Source: Gammaproteobacteria bacterium (GTDB taxonomy: Bacteria; Pseudomonadota; Gammaproteobacteria; GCA-001735895). Taken from it: a stretch of 64,000 bases of DNA. Below are positions 26,954 through 35,775 of this stretch, piece by piece. The position numbers were made by a program, and so were the translations under genes. Location of the stretch: contig JBNKUM010000118.1 of NCBI GenBank assembly GCA_050298595.1, positions 32,001 through 96,000 of the forward strand. The letters are read 5' to 3'. Every line of letters starts with the position of its first letter. The stretch's first letter is position 1. Under the pieces are notes generated by a model. That model saw only the letters and a program-made list of their open reading frames with translations. It did not search any database and was not told where the DNA came from.

Positions 26954-27231
26954 TCAAACAGTTTCTCATGTGGGGTTACAGCCTAAGCCAGATTGCAGTC
27001 TGAGCGATACATCAACCCGATAATCGGGTCGTGCTTGGCATCAAATTGGGATGATTTGATGAAATAAAAATGATTGGAATTGATAATATTTATTGCTAAT
27101 TCGCCAGACGTTAAACTGTGCTAGCGGCTCCATATTTTTGATTTGAGCGATTTTAACACACACCCTGACAAAACCACTAGTCCAATAAACGCCGCTTACA
27201 GCCCATTTAGGGGTGATTTATCCAAAATTTG

Positions 27232-28251
27232 TTAAAATAAGTCCTTCATTTTGTTTTTGTCAGGCTGCATAACGATACCCTTCTCTGTGACGATGGCTGT
27301 CACCAGACTTGCCGGGGTCACATCGAACACTGGATTCCAGGCATCTACCCTGCTCTGATCGGTATAATACTGACCCAGAATCTCATCCTGGCCGCGCTGT
27401 TCTATCTCGACCTGATCACCACTTTCGGTCACCATATCGACTGTAGTAATAGGGGCAACCACCATCATGGAAACCCCGTAATGCTGTGCCATCACAGCCA
27501 GGTTATTGGTGCCGACCTTATTAATAACATCTCCGTTGGCACAGATTCGATCTGCGCCGACTATGACCCAGTCGATTTTCATCTGTGCAAATAAAGAAGA
27601 AGCCGCGCCTTCAATGATGACCGAAACAGGGATATCATCTTCAGCCAGCTCCCAGGCTGTTAATCGAAGGCCCTGTAACCAGGGCCGGGTTTCTGATGCA
27701 AACACTCGATCCAGACGCTTTTCATACCAGGCACTTCTAATAACGCCCAGAGCGGTGCCATAACCCGCTGTAGCCAGAGCTCCCGCATTACAATGTGTTA
27801 GCACCCTGCTTCCCGGTTTGATAAGGCTTGCACCTAGCTGGCCCATGGCCAGATTATCATCCAGATCCTGCTGATGTATGCGTCTCGCATTATCCAGCAA
27901 TGCCTGTTGCATATTCTCGCACTGGTTGTCGAGTACCTGGCGCTGCTGCTGTACCGCCCAGCTTAGATTAACAGCTGTGGGTCGTGCATCATTTAATAAC
28001 ACCAATGCCTGTTCAAAATCATAACTCGAGTCCCGCAACCACTGACGATATCCCAGACAGACCGCATACGCGGCAGTAATGCCTATAGCAGGTGCGCCTC
28101 GAACCACCAGATCTTTAATCGCCTGCGCCGCTTGCTCCAGCGTGTTACACACAAGATTCTCCATCTGCTGGGGAAGCTTACGCTGATCGATTAGTATAAG
28201 ACTGTCATTCGACCAGCTGATCGGTGAGATTTTGGATGGATGTGTAGACAT
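27232..28251 (-). CDS. mtnA: Methylthioribose-1-phosphate isomerase
   Basis: VRGAPAIG, RPTAVNL, THCNAGALAT, ETRPWLQG, GADRI, NPVFDVTP. Confidence 0.96.
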   Translation of the reverse strand: MSTHPSKISPISWSNDSLILIDQRKLPQQMENLVCNTLEQAAQAIKDLVVRGAPAIGITAAYAVCLGYRQWLRDSSYDFEQALVLLNDARPTAVNLSWAVQQQRQVLDNQCENMQQALLDNARRIHQQDLDDNLAMGQLGASLIKPGSRVLTHCNAGALATAGYGTALGVIRSAWYEKRLDRVFASETRPWLQGLRLTAWELAEDDIPVSVIIEGAASSLFAQMKIDWVIVGADRICANGDVINKVGTNNLAVMAQHYGVSMMVVAPITTVDMVTESGDQVEIEQRGQDEILGQYYTDQSRVDAWNPVFDVTPASLVTAIVTEKGIVMQPDKNKMKDLF

Positions 28252-28338
28252 GATTTAACCGGGCTAAAAATCGCGTATTATACGTTTAAAATGTCCCGTG
28301 ACATTGCACAATATTCATTTTCGTCATAAGGTTCGCGC

Positions 28339-29658
28339 ATGAAAACCCTAACCATCATAAAAGCCCGCTGGATTTTGACCGTTAACCCGCAGTTTGAACT
28401 ACTGGAGCATGCTGCGCTGGTGATAGATGGTGATGAGATTCAACGCATTCTACCTGCAGACGAGCTCCAGCCTCAGGAGCTGGATCAGGCTGAAGTGTTT
28501 GAACTGGAAAACCACGTACTAATGCCGGGCCTGGTCAATACTCATACTCATGCAGCGATGAGCCTGATGCGCGGTATCGCCGATGACCTACCTTTAATGG
28601 AATGGTTGAATGATCATATCTGGCCGGTTGAAAGGCGTTGGGTGGACCGAGAGTTTATTGAGGATGGTATTAAGCTAGCCGTTGCAGAAATGGTGCGCGG
28701 TGGCACGACCTGTTTTAACGATATGTATTTCTTCCCCGATGTAATGGCCAAAACCTGTCAACAGATGGGCATGCGTGCCACAGCAGGTCTGATCGTACTG
28801 GATTTCCCAACCATGTGGGCGCAATCTGCCGATGAATATCTGAGCAAGGCATTGACGGTACTCGACGAGATACACGAATTTCCATTAATCTCTTCAGCAC
28901 TTGCCCCACATGCGCCCTATACCGTTTCTGATGAACCCTTAAAGAAAATAGCCATGTACAGCAACGAACTCGACTTACCCGTTCACATACATGTACACGA
29001 AACCCAGTTCGAGATCGACGAAGCGGTAAAAAATAGCGGCATGCGGCCACTAGAAAGGCTGGATCAGCTAGGCCTGCTCACCCCCAACCTGATGGCTGTC
29101 CACATGACCAGCATTAATGAAATGGAGCTGGAACGCCTGGCCGAAACCGGGGTAAATATCGTGCATTGCCCAGAATCTAACCTGAAACTGGCAAGCGGCT
29201 TCTGCCCGGTTAGCAAGTTGCAACAGCAAAACAGCAATGTCTGCCTGGGTACCGATGGCGCTGCCAGCAATAATGATCTGGATATGTTTGGCGAAATGCG
29301 TAGCGCTGCACTTTTGGCCAAAGGCATATCCGGTGATGCTAGTAGCTGTAACGCTGAGCAGAGCGTACGTATGGCAACCATTAATGGGGCCAAAGCACTG
29401 GGGTTGAATAAAAAAATCGGCTCACTTGAAGTCGGCAAGAAAGCCGACATGATAGCGGTCGACTTTTCACAGATAAACAGTCAACCCATCTACGACCCGG
29501 TCGCCCAACTGGTGTATTCCTGCAACAGCCTGCAGGTTTCGCATGTATGGATAAACGGTATCAACAAACTCAACAACTATCAACTTACCGATATAGATGC
29601 GGTAGAAATCATTTCAAAAGCCCAACAGTGGCAGCAAAAAATCTCAGATAATTCATGA
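28339..29658 (+). CDS. mtaD: 5'-methylthioadenosine/S-adenosylhomocysteine deaminase (TRZ/ATZ amidohydrolase)
   Basis: PGLVNTHTH, PHAPY, HIHVHET, HCPESNLKLASG, GTDGAASNNDLD; divergent from mtnA and upstream of ubiG, as in many Gammaproteobacteria. Confidence 0.82.
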   Translation: MKTLTIIKARWILTVNPQFELLEHAALVIDGDEIQRILPADELQPQELDQAEVFELENHVLMPGLVNTHTHAAMSLMRGIADDLPLMEWLNDHIWPVERRWVDREFIEDGIKLAVAEMVRGGTTCFNDMYFFPDVMAKTCQQMGMRATAGLIVLDFPTMWAQSADEYLSKALTVLDEIHEFPLISSALAPHAPYTVSDEPLKKIAMYSNELDLPVHIHVHETQFEIDEAVKNSGMRPLERLDQLGLLTPNLMAVHMTSINEMELERLAETGVNIVHCPESNLKLASGFCPVSKLQQQNSNVCLGTDGAASNNDLDMFGEMRSAALLAKGISGDASSCNAEQSVRMATINGAKALGLNKKIGSLEVGKKADMIAVDFSQINSQPIYDPVAQLVYSCNSLQVSHVWINGINKLNNYQLTDIDAVEIISKAQQWQQKISDNS

Positions 29659-30359
29659 ATACACAAAATGTCGATCACGCTGAAGTTGAAAAATTTCAGT
29701 CTATAGCCAGTCGCTGGTGGGATACCGAAAGCGAATTCAAAACCCTGCATGATATCAATCCCCTGCGCATCAATTATATTGAACAGCAATGCGGCGGACT
29801 GGAAGGCAAAAAGGTCCTGGACATAGGCTGCGGTGGCGGCATTCTATCAGAAGCCATGGCAGCAAAAGGCGCCATAGTAACAGGAATAGATATGGCGGAA
29901 TTGTCGCTTGATGTTGCGCGTATGCATTTAATGGAATCTGGCCTTAAGGTGGACTATCAGAAAATCACAGCTGAAGAATTCTGTGCTCTTCATACTCATC
30001 AATTCGATGTGGTTACCTGCATGGAATTACTTGAGCATGTACCTCAGCCATTATCCATAATCAATGCAGCCGCTCACTCACTAAAGCCAGAAGGCAGTAT
30101 GGTTTTATCCACGCTAAATAGAAATCCTAAATCCTATCTGCTGGCTATAGTCGGTGCCGAATACATCATGAAGATGCTGCCCAAAGGCACCCACGATTAC
30201 AATAAATTCATCAAGCCCTCAGAGCTTGCGCGAGCAGTTCGAGAATCGGGTATGGAAGTACAGGATGTCAGCGGCATGAGCTACCACCCCATTACCCGAC
30301 AATACAGTCTGAGTCGTGATGTAGATGTCAACTACCTGATGTCCTGTCGCCACAGATAA
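29655..30359 (+). CDS. ubiG: Ubiquinone biosynthesis O-methyltransferase
   Basis: NVDHAEVEKF, WWD, LHDINPLR, LDIGCGGGILSE, LPKGTHDYNKFIKPSEL. Confidence 0.97.
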   Translation: MNTQNVDHAEVEKFQSIASRWWDTESEFKTLHDINPLRINYIEQQCGGLEGKKVLDIGCGGGILSEAMAAKGAIVTGIDMAELSLDVARMHLMESGLKVDYQKITAEEFCALHTHQFDVVTCMELLEHVPQPLSIINAAAHSLKPEGSMVLSTLNRNPKSYLLAIVGAEYIMKMLPKGTHDYNKFIKPSELARAVRESGMEVQDVSGMSYHPITRQYSLSRDVDVNYLMSCRHR

Positions 30360-30365
30360 CTCCCT

Positions 30366-31016
30366 ATGACGATTCAGGCTATTTTATTCGACCTGGACGG
30401 CACCCTGGTCGATACAGCTCCCGATTTAGCGGTTGCACTAAATCACGTCGTGGCTGAAGAAGGGCTAGCCACCCTGCCGCTAGAAGAAATACGCCCGCAT
30501 GTTTCACGCGGCGGGCTGGCACTCATCCAGCTGGCATTCCAGCAACATCGTCAGGAACATGAACTTGAGCCCCTGCGCTTGCGTCTGCTGAACTATTATC
30601 TGGAGCATATCGCGGATCACTCGCGCCTGTTTGATGGTTTTGAATCGGTACTTGAAACTCTGGAAAACAATTCGATCCCCTGGGGCATAGTCACCAATAA
30701 ACCGGGCTGGCTCACCCAACCTTTATTAGTAGCATTAAAACTCGACCAACGCTCCGCTGTTACGATCTCTGCCGACACCACAGCACAAAAGAAACCGCAT
30801 CCTTTGCCGCTGACCACCGCAGCTGAGTTAATCAATGTTGATTGCAAAAACTGCCTGTATATTGGTGACGACCCACGCGATATTACTGCAGGTAACGCGG
30901 CTGAAATGATTACAGTCATCGCAAAATACGGCTATATAAGTGAGAATGCAGATCTGGACCAATGGCAGGCGCAACACCACATCGATTCTCCACAGCAAAT
31001 TCTTGAACTGATCTAA
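30366..31016 (+). CDS. HAD phosphatase (phosphoglycolate phosphatase / MupP-like)
   Basis: FDLDGTLVDTAPDL, VTNKP, KKPHP, YIGDDPRDI. The ubiG-HAD-yciK position matches Pseudomonas mupP. Confidence 0.85.
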   Translation: MTIQAILFDLDGTLVDTAPDLAVALNHVVAEEGLATLPLEEIRPHVSRGGLALIQLAFQQHRQEHELEPLRLRLLNYYLEHIADHSRLFDGFESVLETLENNSIPWGIVTNKPGWLTQPLLVALKLDQRSAVTISADTTAQKKPHPLPLTTAAELINVDCKNCLYIGDDPRDITAGNAAEMITVIAKYGYISENADLDQWQAQHHIDSPQQILELI

Positions 31017-31048
31017 AGCTTAATAAATTTTACACATCTAAAAACACT

Positions 31049-31792
31049 ATGAACACAGCAACCATACCCAAAGACTATCAACCCACAGATAACTGCCTGA
31101 AAGATAAGGTCATCCTGATTACCGGTGCCACTGGAGCGTATGGCAAAGCCATGTCATTGTCTTACGCCAGTCACGGAGCCACTGTGATCCTGCTCGGCAA
31201 AAATGTACGCCTGCTTGAAAACCTGTACGATGAAATCGAACAGGCAGGCTACCCCATGCCCGCCATCTACCCACTCAATCTTGAAGGGGCTACTGAAAAA
31301 GATTACTACGATATGGCGCAGAATATAGACAATGAATTCGGACGACTGGATGGACTGGTACATGCTGCTGGTATTCTGGGTGACCCTACCCCGTTCCAGC
31401 ATAGCGAAACAGAAGGCTGGTACAAGGTTATGCAGGTTAATCTGAATGGCCCGTATATGATGACCAAACATCTGATCGATTTATTCAAAAAGTCCGACCA
31501 TGCCTCACTAGTTTTTATGACCGATGTAAAAACAGGGGCTTACTGGGATGCCTATACGGTGAGTAAAAAGGCAGTCGATGGCCTGATGCAGAATCTTGCA
31601 GCGGAATACGAAGGTTCCAGTCTTTTCGTTAACAGCTTTAATCCTGGTCCATCAAAAACTGCACTGCATATTCGTGCCTTTCCTGCTTCAATGGAGAATG
31701 ATTCACTGCCTGAACCGAAACAGCATAAAGACCTGATGCTTTATCTGATGAGTGATGAGTTAGATCAATGTGGTGTTTGTTTTACGCCTTAA
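31049..31792 (+). CDS. yciK: YciK-family short-chain oxidoreductase
   Basis: LKDKVILITGA, LENLYDEIEQAG, AIYPLNL, AYWDAYTVSK (YxxxK); conserved synteny. Confidence 0.85.
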   Translation: MNTATIPKDYQPTDNCLKDKVILITGATGAYGKAMSLSYASHGATVILLGKNVRLLENLYDEIEQAGYPMPAIYPLNLEGATEKDYYDMAQNIDNEFGRLDGLVHAAGILGDPTPFQHSETEGWYKVMQVNLNGPYMMTKHLIDLFKKSDHASLVFMTDVKTGAYWDAYTVSKKAVDGLMQNLAAEYEGSSLFVNSFNPGPSKTALHIRAFPASMENDSLPEPKQHKDLMLYLMSDELDQCGVCFTP

Positions 31793-31886
31793 ACTAAGGG
31801 CATTAAAAAACCAAAGATATCCTGGTGTCGGAGTCTGTGATTATTTAAGGCTCAATGCTAAATCCTCATCTGCATTTTCAAGCACC

Positions 31887-32375
31887 TCAGTCCTCAATCT
31901 TTAAACGCTGGTGCCATTCCGCAAGTGACTCTTGCGGGTACTCCTCAAACATTTTGTCTGTTGGCCCGGCATGGACTTCAACCCATGAAGCCTTTGAGCC
32001 CAGCATCATGTGTGTACGCTCTGGAGGTATGGGCATTTCAGTATCAATTGCCGAAGCAAATGGGTGCACAAGTTCCGGCCACCTCGGATCCCATTGCCAG
32101 AGAGCACTGCCGCAGATTTTGCAAAAATGTCTTTGACCGGGACTCTCCTTATTTTCTCCGATTTCTGGATCTTTGATTATCGCCTGATAGACACTGATGT
32201 GTTCTTCACCTTCAACTTTCAGTGTTGCGTAGTCTCCTCCCAGATTAATTGCATAACCGCCTCCTCCGGCAGTTTTTCGGCAAATAGAGCAATAACATTG
32301 ATTAAATGGATAGGGCTGGTTTGAATTAAGAGTGAAGTGGACGCGACCACAATGACATGAACCTTCGAGCTGCAT
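31887..32375 (-). CDS. GFA (CENP-V/Mss4-like) zinc-binding family protein
   Basis: GSCHCGRV, CYCSICRK, RHFCKICGSALW; GGAG SD upstream. Confidence 0.9.
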   Translation of the reverse strand: MQLEGSCHCGRVHFTLNSNQPYPFNQCYCSICRKTAGGGGYAINLGGDYATLKVEGEEHISVYQAIIKDPEIGENKESPGQRHFCKICGSALWQWDPRWPELVHPFASAIDTEMPIPPERTHMMLGSKASWVEVHAGPTDKMFEEYPQESLAEWHQRLKIED

Positions 32376-32402
32376 GGTTTACTCTCCAAATATTATTCTG
32401 CA

Positions 32403-32537
32403 TTACAAACGGCTTACTTTCCTAGCGTAAATAACAGCGTTAATAAATGATTCTCCGTCACCACCCATGAATGTGTACATATTACCTTCGATGGTTACAG
32501 GCATTTTTAATTCAAAGAGTAATTCATTGTAACGCAT
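32403..32537 (-). CDS. Small ORF, 44 aa (below the ORF-track cutoff); may be a gene remnant
   Basis: GAGGATAGGG-ATG, then MRYNELLFELKMPVTIEGNMYTFMGGDGESFINAVIYARKVSRL*; co-oriented with and 27 nt upstream of the GFA gene. Confidence 0.4.
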   Translation of the reverse strand: MRYNELLFELKMPVTIEGNMYTFMGGDGESFINAVIYARKVSRL

Positions 32538-32659
32538 CCCTATCCTCAATAAATCACAGGTTGAATCAGGGCTGACATCTATTATTTAGTGAAAATAGCC
32601 GCACATTTTTAAGTCCGAGTGCAATAGCGTTGTTATATGCTCTTCTACCAAATTTGTAC

Positions 32660-33037
32660 TCAGTTTATTACCAATCCAGATAGTCCAAGCAAAGCGACCG
32701 AGGCGAAAAGTGAAGTAGAAGGAAATCGAAACGGATTTATACCACCCTTTCGAGCCACCGCTGCACTGAGCAATGATAAAGCTGAATTCAATAATGTTAA
32801 AAATATTACCAACTCTGGACGATCAGGATGTAAAGCCACATACGCATAAGCTGCCCCCATAAATAAAGTGTAAATGGTAGTAACGTGCCAACAGTAATAG
32901 TTCAGCCATTTTGAGGCTATTGGCAAACTGGAGTTAGCTAATAATGGTATCGCTACACGAGGACCACCGATAAATGTATGAACAGAAAAGGTAACAACAC
33001 TCATAATTGTCGCCGCCCAAAATAATGATACCTGCAT
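32660..33037 (-). CDS. Hypothetical membrane protein (about 4 TM)
   Basis: GAGG SD; four hydrophobic segments; HTFIGG and CWH polar motifs. Confidence 0.75.
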   Translation of the reverse strand: MQVSLFWAATIMSVVTFSVHTFIGGPRVAIPLLANSSLPIASKWLNYYCWHVTTIYTLFMGAAYAYVALHPDRPELVIFLTLLNSALSLLSAAVARKGGINPFRFPSTSLFASVALLGLSGLVIN

Positions 33038-33202
33038 GCTTTTTCCTCAAAGTTTGAATTTTTTCCGTTAAACGGGTTGTTTGAGCTTCAAATTACAGGT
33101 TTATTTATACCATGAATCTATAATATCAATGAGTTACTCAGGTCCGCCCTGAATGGCGAAACTACTTAAAAAAATCAGCGCACACTTCGCTAGTTTTTAT
33201 GG

Positions 33203-33411
33203 CTGATGCAAAACCTTGCTGCCGAATACGATGACTCCAATCTATTCGTTAAGAGTTTCAACCCTGGCCTGTCAAAACAGCATTACATATTCGCGCCTTT
33301 CCGGCATCTACGGAAAATGATTCTCTACCTGAAGCAACACAGCATATAGACCTGTTGCTTTCTCTGATGAGTAACGAGCAGAATCAAAGCGGTATTTATA
33401 TTACTCAATAG
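33203..33411 (+). pseudogene. yciK: Diverged second copy of the 3' 210 bp of yciK, with a 1-nt deletion
   Basis: Aligns to 31583-31792 codon by codon (LMQNLAAEY..S.LFV.SFNPG.SK/TALHIRAFPAS.ENDSLPE..QH.DL.L.LMS.E); hand count about 49 differences in 210 nt. Confidence 0.9.
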
Positions 33412-33442
33412 AAAAAGCCCCATCCTTTGAGGATGGGAGTTT
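33412..33442. terminator. Probable bidirectional intrinsic terminator
   Basis: AAAAAGC-CCCATCCT-ttg-AGGATGGG-AGTTT between the yciK remnant stop and the convergent lipoprotein stop. Confidence 0.65.
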
Positions 33443-33471
33443 ACCTTTTATTTTCTGGGTCCTACTTAACT

Positions 33472-34326
33472 CTATGGGAGATAATCTGACCAGCTATAAG
33501 TAGTACCTACACCTTCAACTGTGACGGTAAAACTGTCACAACTATTAAATTCTACACTACCTGTTGAACCGCCTGAACCGGTATAAGTAATTGACCCCGA
33601 TGAAGGAACGCCACCAGTACAACTTCCATAGGTAACATCAGCATTGATTACGACATAGCCATAATCCGGATCATAAACTGTAGCATTAATAGAATAAGAA
33701 CTGGATCCAGTACTATAAACTGAATCGACGTCTACCCGGTAAGTACGACCATCAAGTCCTGAGAAATCAGATAGATAGGAACAGTTATATGAAGCGTCAC
33801 ATTCTATCGTTGTATTCAGATTATAGGTTTCACCCATATAAACCATTGTGAAATTGTTATAGCGAAGAATGAATGATCCATCTGAATTTTGTGTAAAAAC
33901 AGCAGTTCCATTAACCACAATGCCTGAACCAGTCATTGTGCAATTATTATAAGTAAACGTCATCTGAGAATTATCAGCATTATTAGTCGCATCTACGGAA
34001 CCAGAACTACATACATTCGCTACTGGCGTATTTGCAGTTCGATTGGCTAAAAATAGACTACGTAATGTTTTACTGGATAAATCAAGCAAAGAAGACGCTA
34101 CAGGAGAAGGTCTGGGAATAGGAGCATTATCAGAAGCAACTGCCTCACTGGCACCACCAGCTGCAGCAACCGCTAATTTATCAGCATTTGAAGTATCAAC
34201 TTTTGCCTGTGACGTTGCGCCACCATAAGTAACTCCAGTGCCACCTCCTCCACTACTACCACCTCCACAGGAGATTAAAAGCACACTAGAAAATATAACC
34301 ACAGGAAGTGACATTTTATATTTCAT
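33472..34326 (-). CDS. Hypothetical lipoprotein, Gly/Ser/Thr-rich with several Cys
   Basis: GAGG SD; signal peptide with lipobox LISC followed by a GGGSSGGGG linker; beta-rich-looking C-terminal part. Confidence 0.85.
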   Translation of the reverse strand: MKYKMSLPVVIFSSVLLISCGGGSSGGGGTGVTYGGATSQAKVDTSNADKLAVAAAGGASEAVASDNAPIPRPSPVASSLLDLSSKTLRSLFLANRTANTPVANVCSSGSVDATNNADNSQMTFTYNNCTMTGSGIVVNGTAVFTQNSDGSFILRYNNFTMVYMGETYNLNTTIECDASYNCSYLSDFSGLDGRTYRVDVDSVYSTGSSSYSINATVYDPDYGYVVINADVTYGSCTGGVPSSGSITYTGSGGSTGSVEFNSCDSFTVTVEGVGTTYSWSDYLP

Positions 34327-34634
34327 ACGAGTTTCCTCAATATTGATGTGATAAATGAAGTTACAGATACTAGACTAAAGAATGACTATCCATAGTAAAA
34401 AACTCCGCAATCTGATGTTTTATTAAAAGAAATTCACAAAAAATTGTGGAATATCAAAAGCTGATCTAACTCGTAATTTGCTGTAAAACAAGAAAAATCC
34501 GAGCCAGAGGACAATATCCACTAATATTTGAAAGTAATGCTCTCTGACCTGGGTTTTTAAAACACTGAAAACAGCCCGTTCTGGGATGGAGTTTTAATAT
34601 AATCAATAGCGTAAGTAGGTCTGATCTGGTGTAT

Positions 34635-35297
34635 TCACATTCCATTACAACTATGCAATCGAACTACTCCAGATGGCGTATCGATATCAACAGTCAGGTA
34701 GGGTGTTTCATTGGCAGGTAGCTCATATATTTTTACAAGTTGTAAAGCATCTATCGAATCCAGTGCATTACGCAGCCAATCCGGATAAGGATGGTAAATT
34801 TCCAGGCTTTTAAGTTTGCAACCCAGATCTGCCATACTTTCAGAAGGATGAATCTCTGTATGCCATTCGATGGCATAGGGCAATAGACCTCCAGCCAACA
34901 GTCTACCGTCTTCAGGAAGACCAAAATACCAACTTAGATTTCCTCTACTGATTAATTCCGGTTTTCCAGGTGAAAAACTGGCTTGCTGCATTAGCCCATT
35001 AATATCTTGAGTGTTGACAACCCAAGTGAGTAGTGAGGGTTGTTGCTCAATACAGTGTCGAGTATAGGGGTCATCTAATCCGTACCATCTTGGGCGACTG
35101 GGCGCTGCAATTTCTTTGTTTACAGCAATGACTTCCAGGAAAATCCCATCTCCCAACTTCATCAGGTGATTATGAGTTCCCATTTTTATATGCTCACCAC
35201 CATAAGGAATATCTACACCGAGCACATTTTTTAGATAATTTACACCCTCTGAGAGACTACTTGCTCCAATTACAAAATGATCAATTTTTGGTGGCAT
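34635..35297 (-). CDS. VOC/glyoxalase-like domain protein (Glyoxalase_3 type)
   Basis: IDHFVIG, GGEHIKMGTHNHLMKLG, FLEVIA, RWYGLD, LPYAIEW. Confidence 0.88.
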   Translation of the reverse strand: MPPKIDHFVIGASSLSEGVNYLKNVLGVDIPYGGEHIKMGTHNHLMKLGDGIFLEVIAVNKEIAAPSRPRWYGLDDPYTRHCIEQQPSLLTWVVNTQDINGLMQQASFSPGKPELISRGNLSWYFGLPEDGRLLAGGLLPYAIEWHTEIHPSESMADLGCKLKSLEIYHPYPDWLRNALDSIDALQLVKIYELPANETPYLTVDIDTPSGVVRLHSCNGM

Positions 35298-35395
35298 GTT
35301 TACCTTTTTAAATATTTCAAAATAATGGTACTAGATAATAATGCTCAGGTTAGGCCATGTCATTTTTTACAGCGTTACGGTAAGAAGGGAAGTAA

Positions 35396-35447
35396 AAACG
35401 CGGATGACGTAAACGCAACGTAAACGCGCATAAACGCGGACACCCAT
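35396..35447. repeat. Imperfect tandem stutter repeats of TAAACGC(G) ending in GGACACCCAT
   Basis: aaacgcgga 35396, taaacgca 35410, taaacgcg 35421, taaacgcggacacccat 35431. Confidence 0.75.
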
Positions 35448-35541
35448 AGATCATTGCCCTTTCGGATCGGTCTTGCGGTTCAGGTTGTCGTAGGGATTAA
35501 GTGGTTGGGGTTACATAGGAATAATTCTCATGTACCTCCGA

Positions 35542-35572
35542 CCCCTTTATCTCCGCGCCCCCTTTATCTCCG
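35542..35572. repeat. 14-bp direct repeat CCCCTTTATCTCCG, two copies
   Basis: Exact copies at 35542-35555 and 35559-35572, abutting the point where the intron-like sequence stops. Confidence 0.85.
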
Positions 35573-35700
35573 ATTTTGTCTTGGGCGTCCTTCAGACCTC
35601 ACCTCACGATGACGCCCTTGCCCTTTGACAAACCTTCGGCTCTGCGAATACCTGGTAAGAAGACTTTCACCTCTCTAGTTAAGTGCCATGCCCGGCACAC
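35573..35700 (-). mobile_element. 5' fragment (about 128 nt of domain I) of a group IIC intron; no RT ORF or 3' end
   Basis: Minus strand starts GTGTGCCGGGCATGGCAC (GUGYG 5' consensus), then AGAGGTGAAAGTCTTCT hairpin, GCCGAAGG, GCAAGGGCGTCATCGTGAGGTGAGGTCTGAAGGA, recognisable as class IIC domain I; immediately follows a stem-loop (attC). Confidence 0.8.
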
Positions 35701-35775
35701 ACGACTTAAACAGCGGCGCGCGCGTTTTGCGCGTCCGAATGAGCGCAGCGAATGACTACTTTTACTTGTTAGAGC
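35701..35775 (-). mobile_element. Integron attC site, interrupted in its core site by the intron
   Basis: Minus strand GCTCTAAC (inverse core, overlapping the ORF end ...SNK*), then ATTCGCTGCGCTCATTCGGACGCGCAAAACGCGCGCGCC, then TTTAAGTCGT followed by the intron. Confidence 0.8.

Noticed and set aside
35396-35572. Short repeats as a CRISPR array
   Set aside because: Units are 7-14 bp with no regular 30-40 bp spacers and there are no cas genes.
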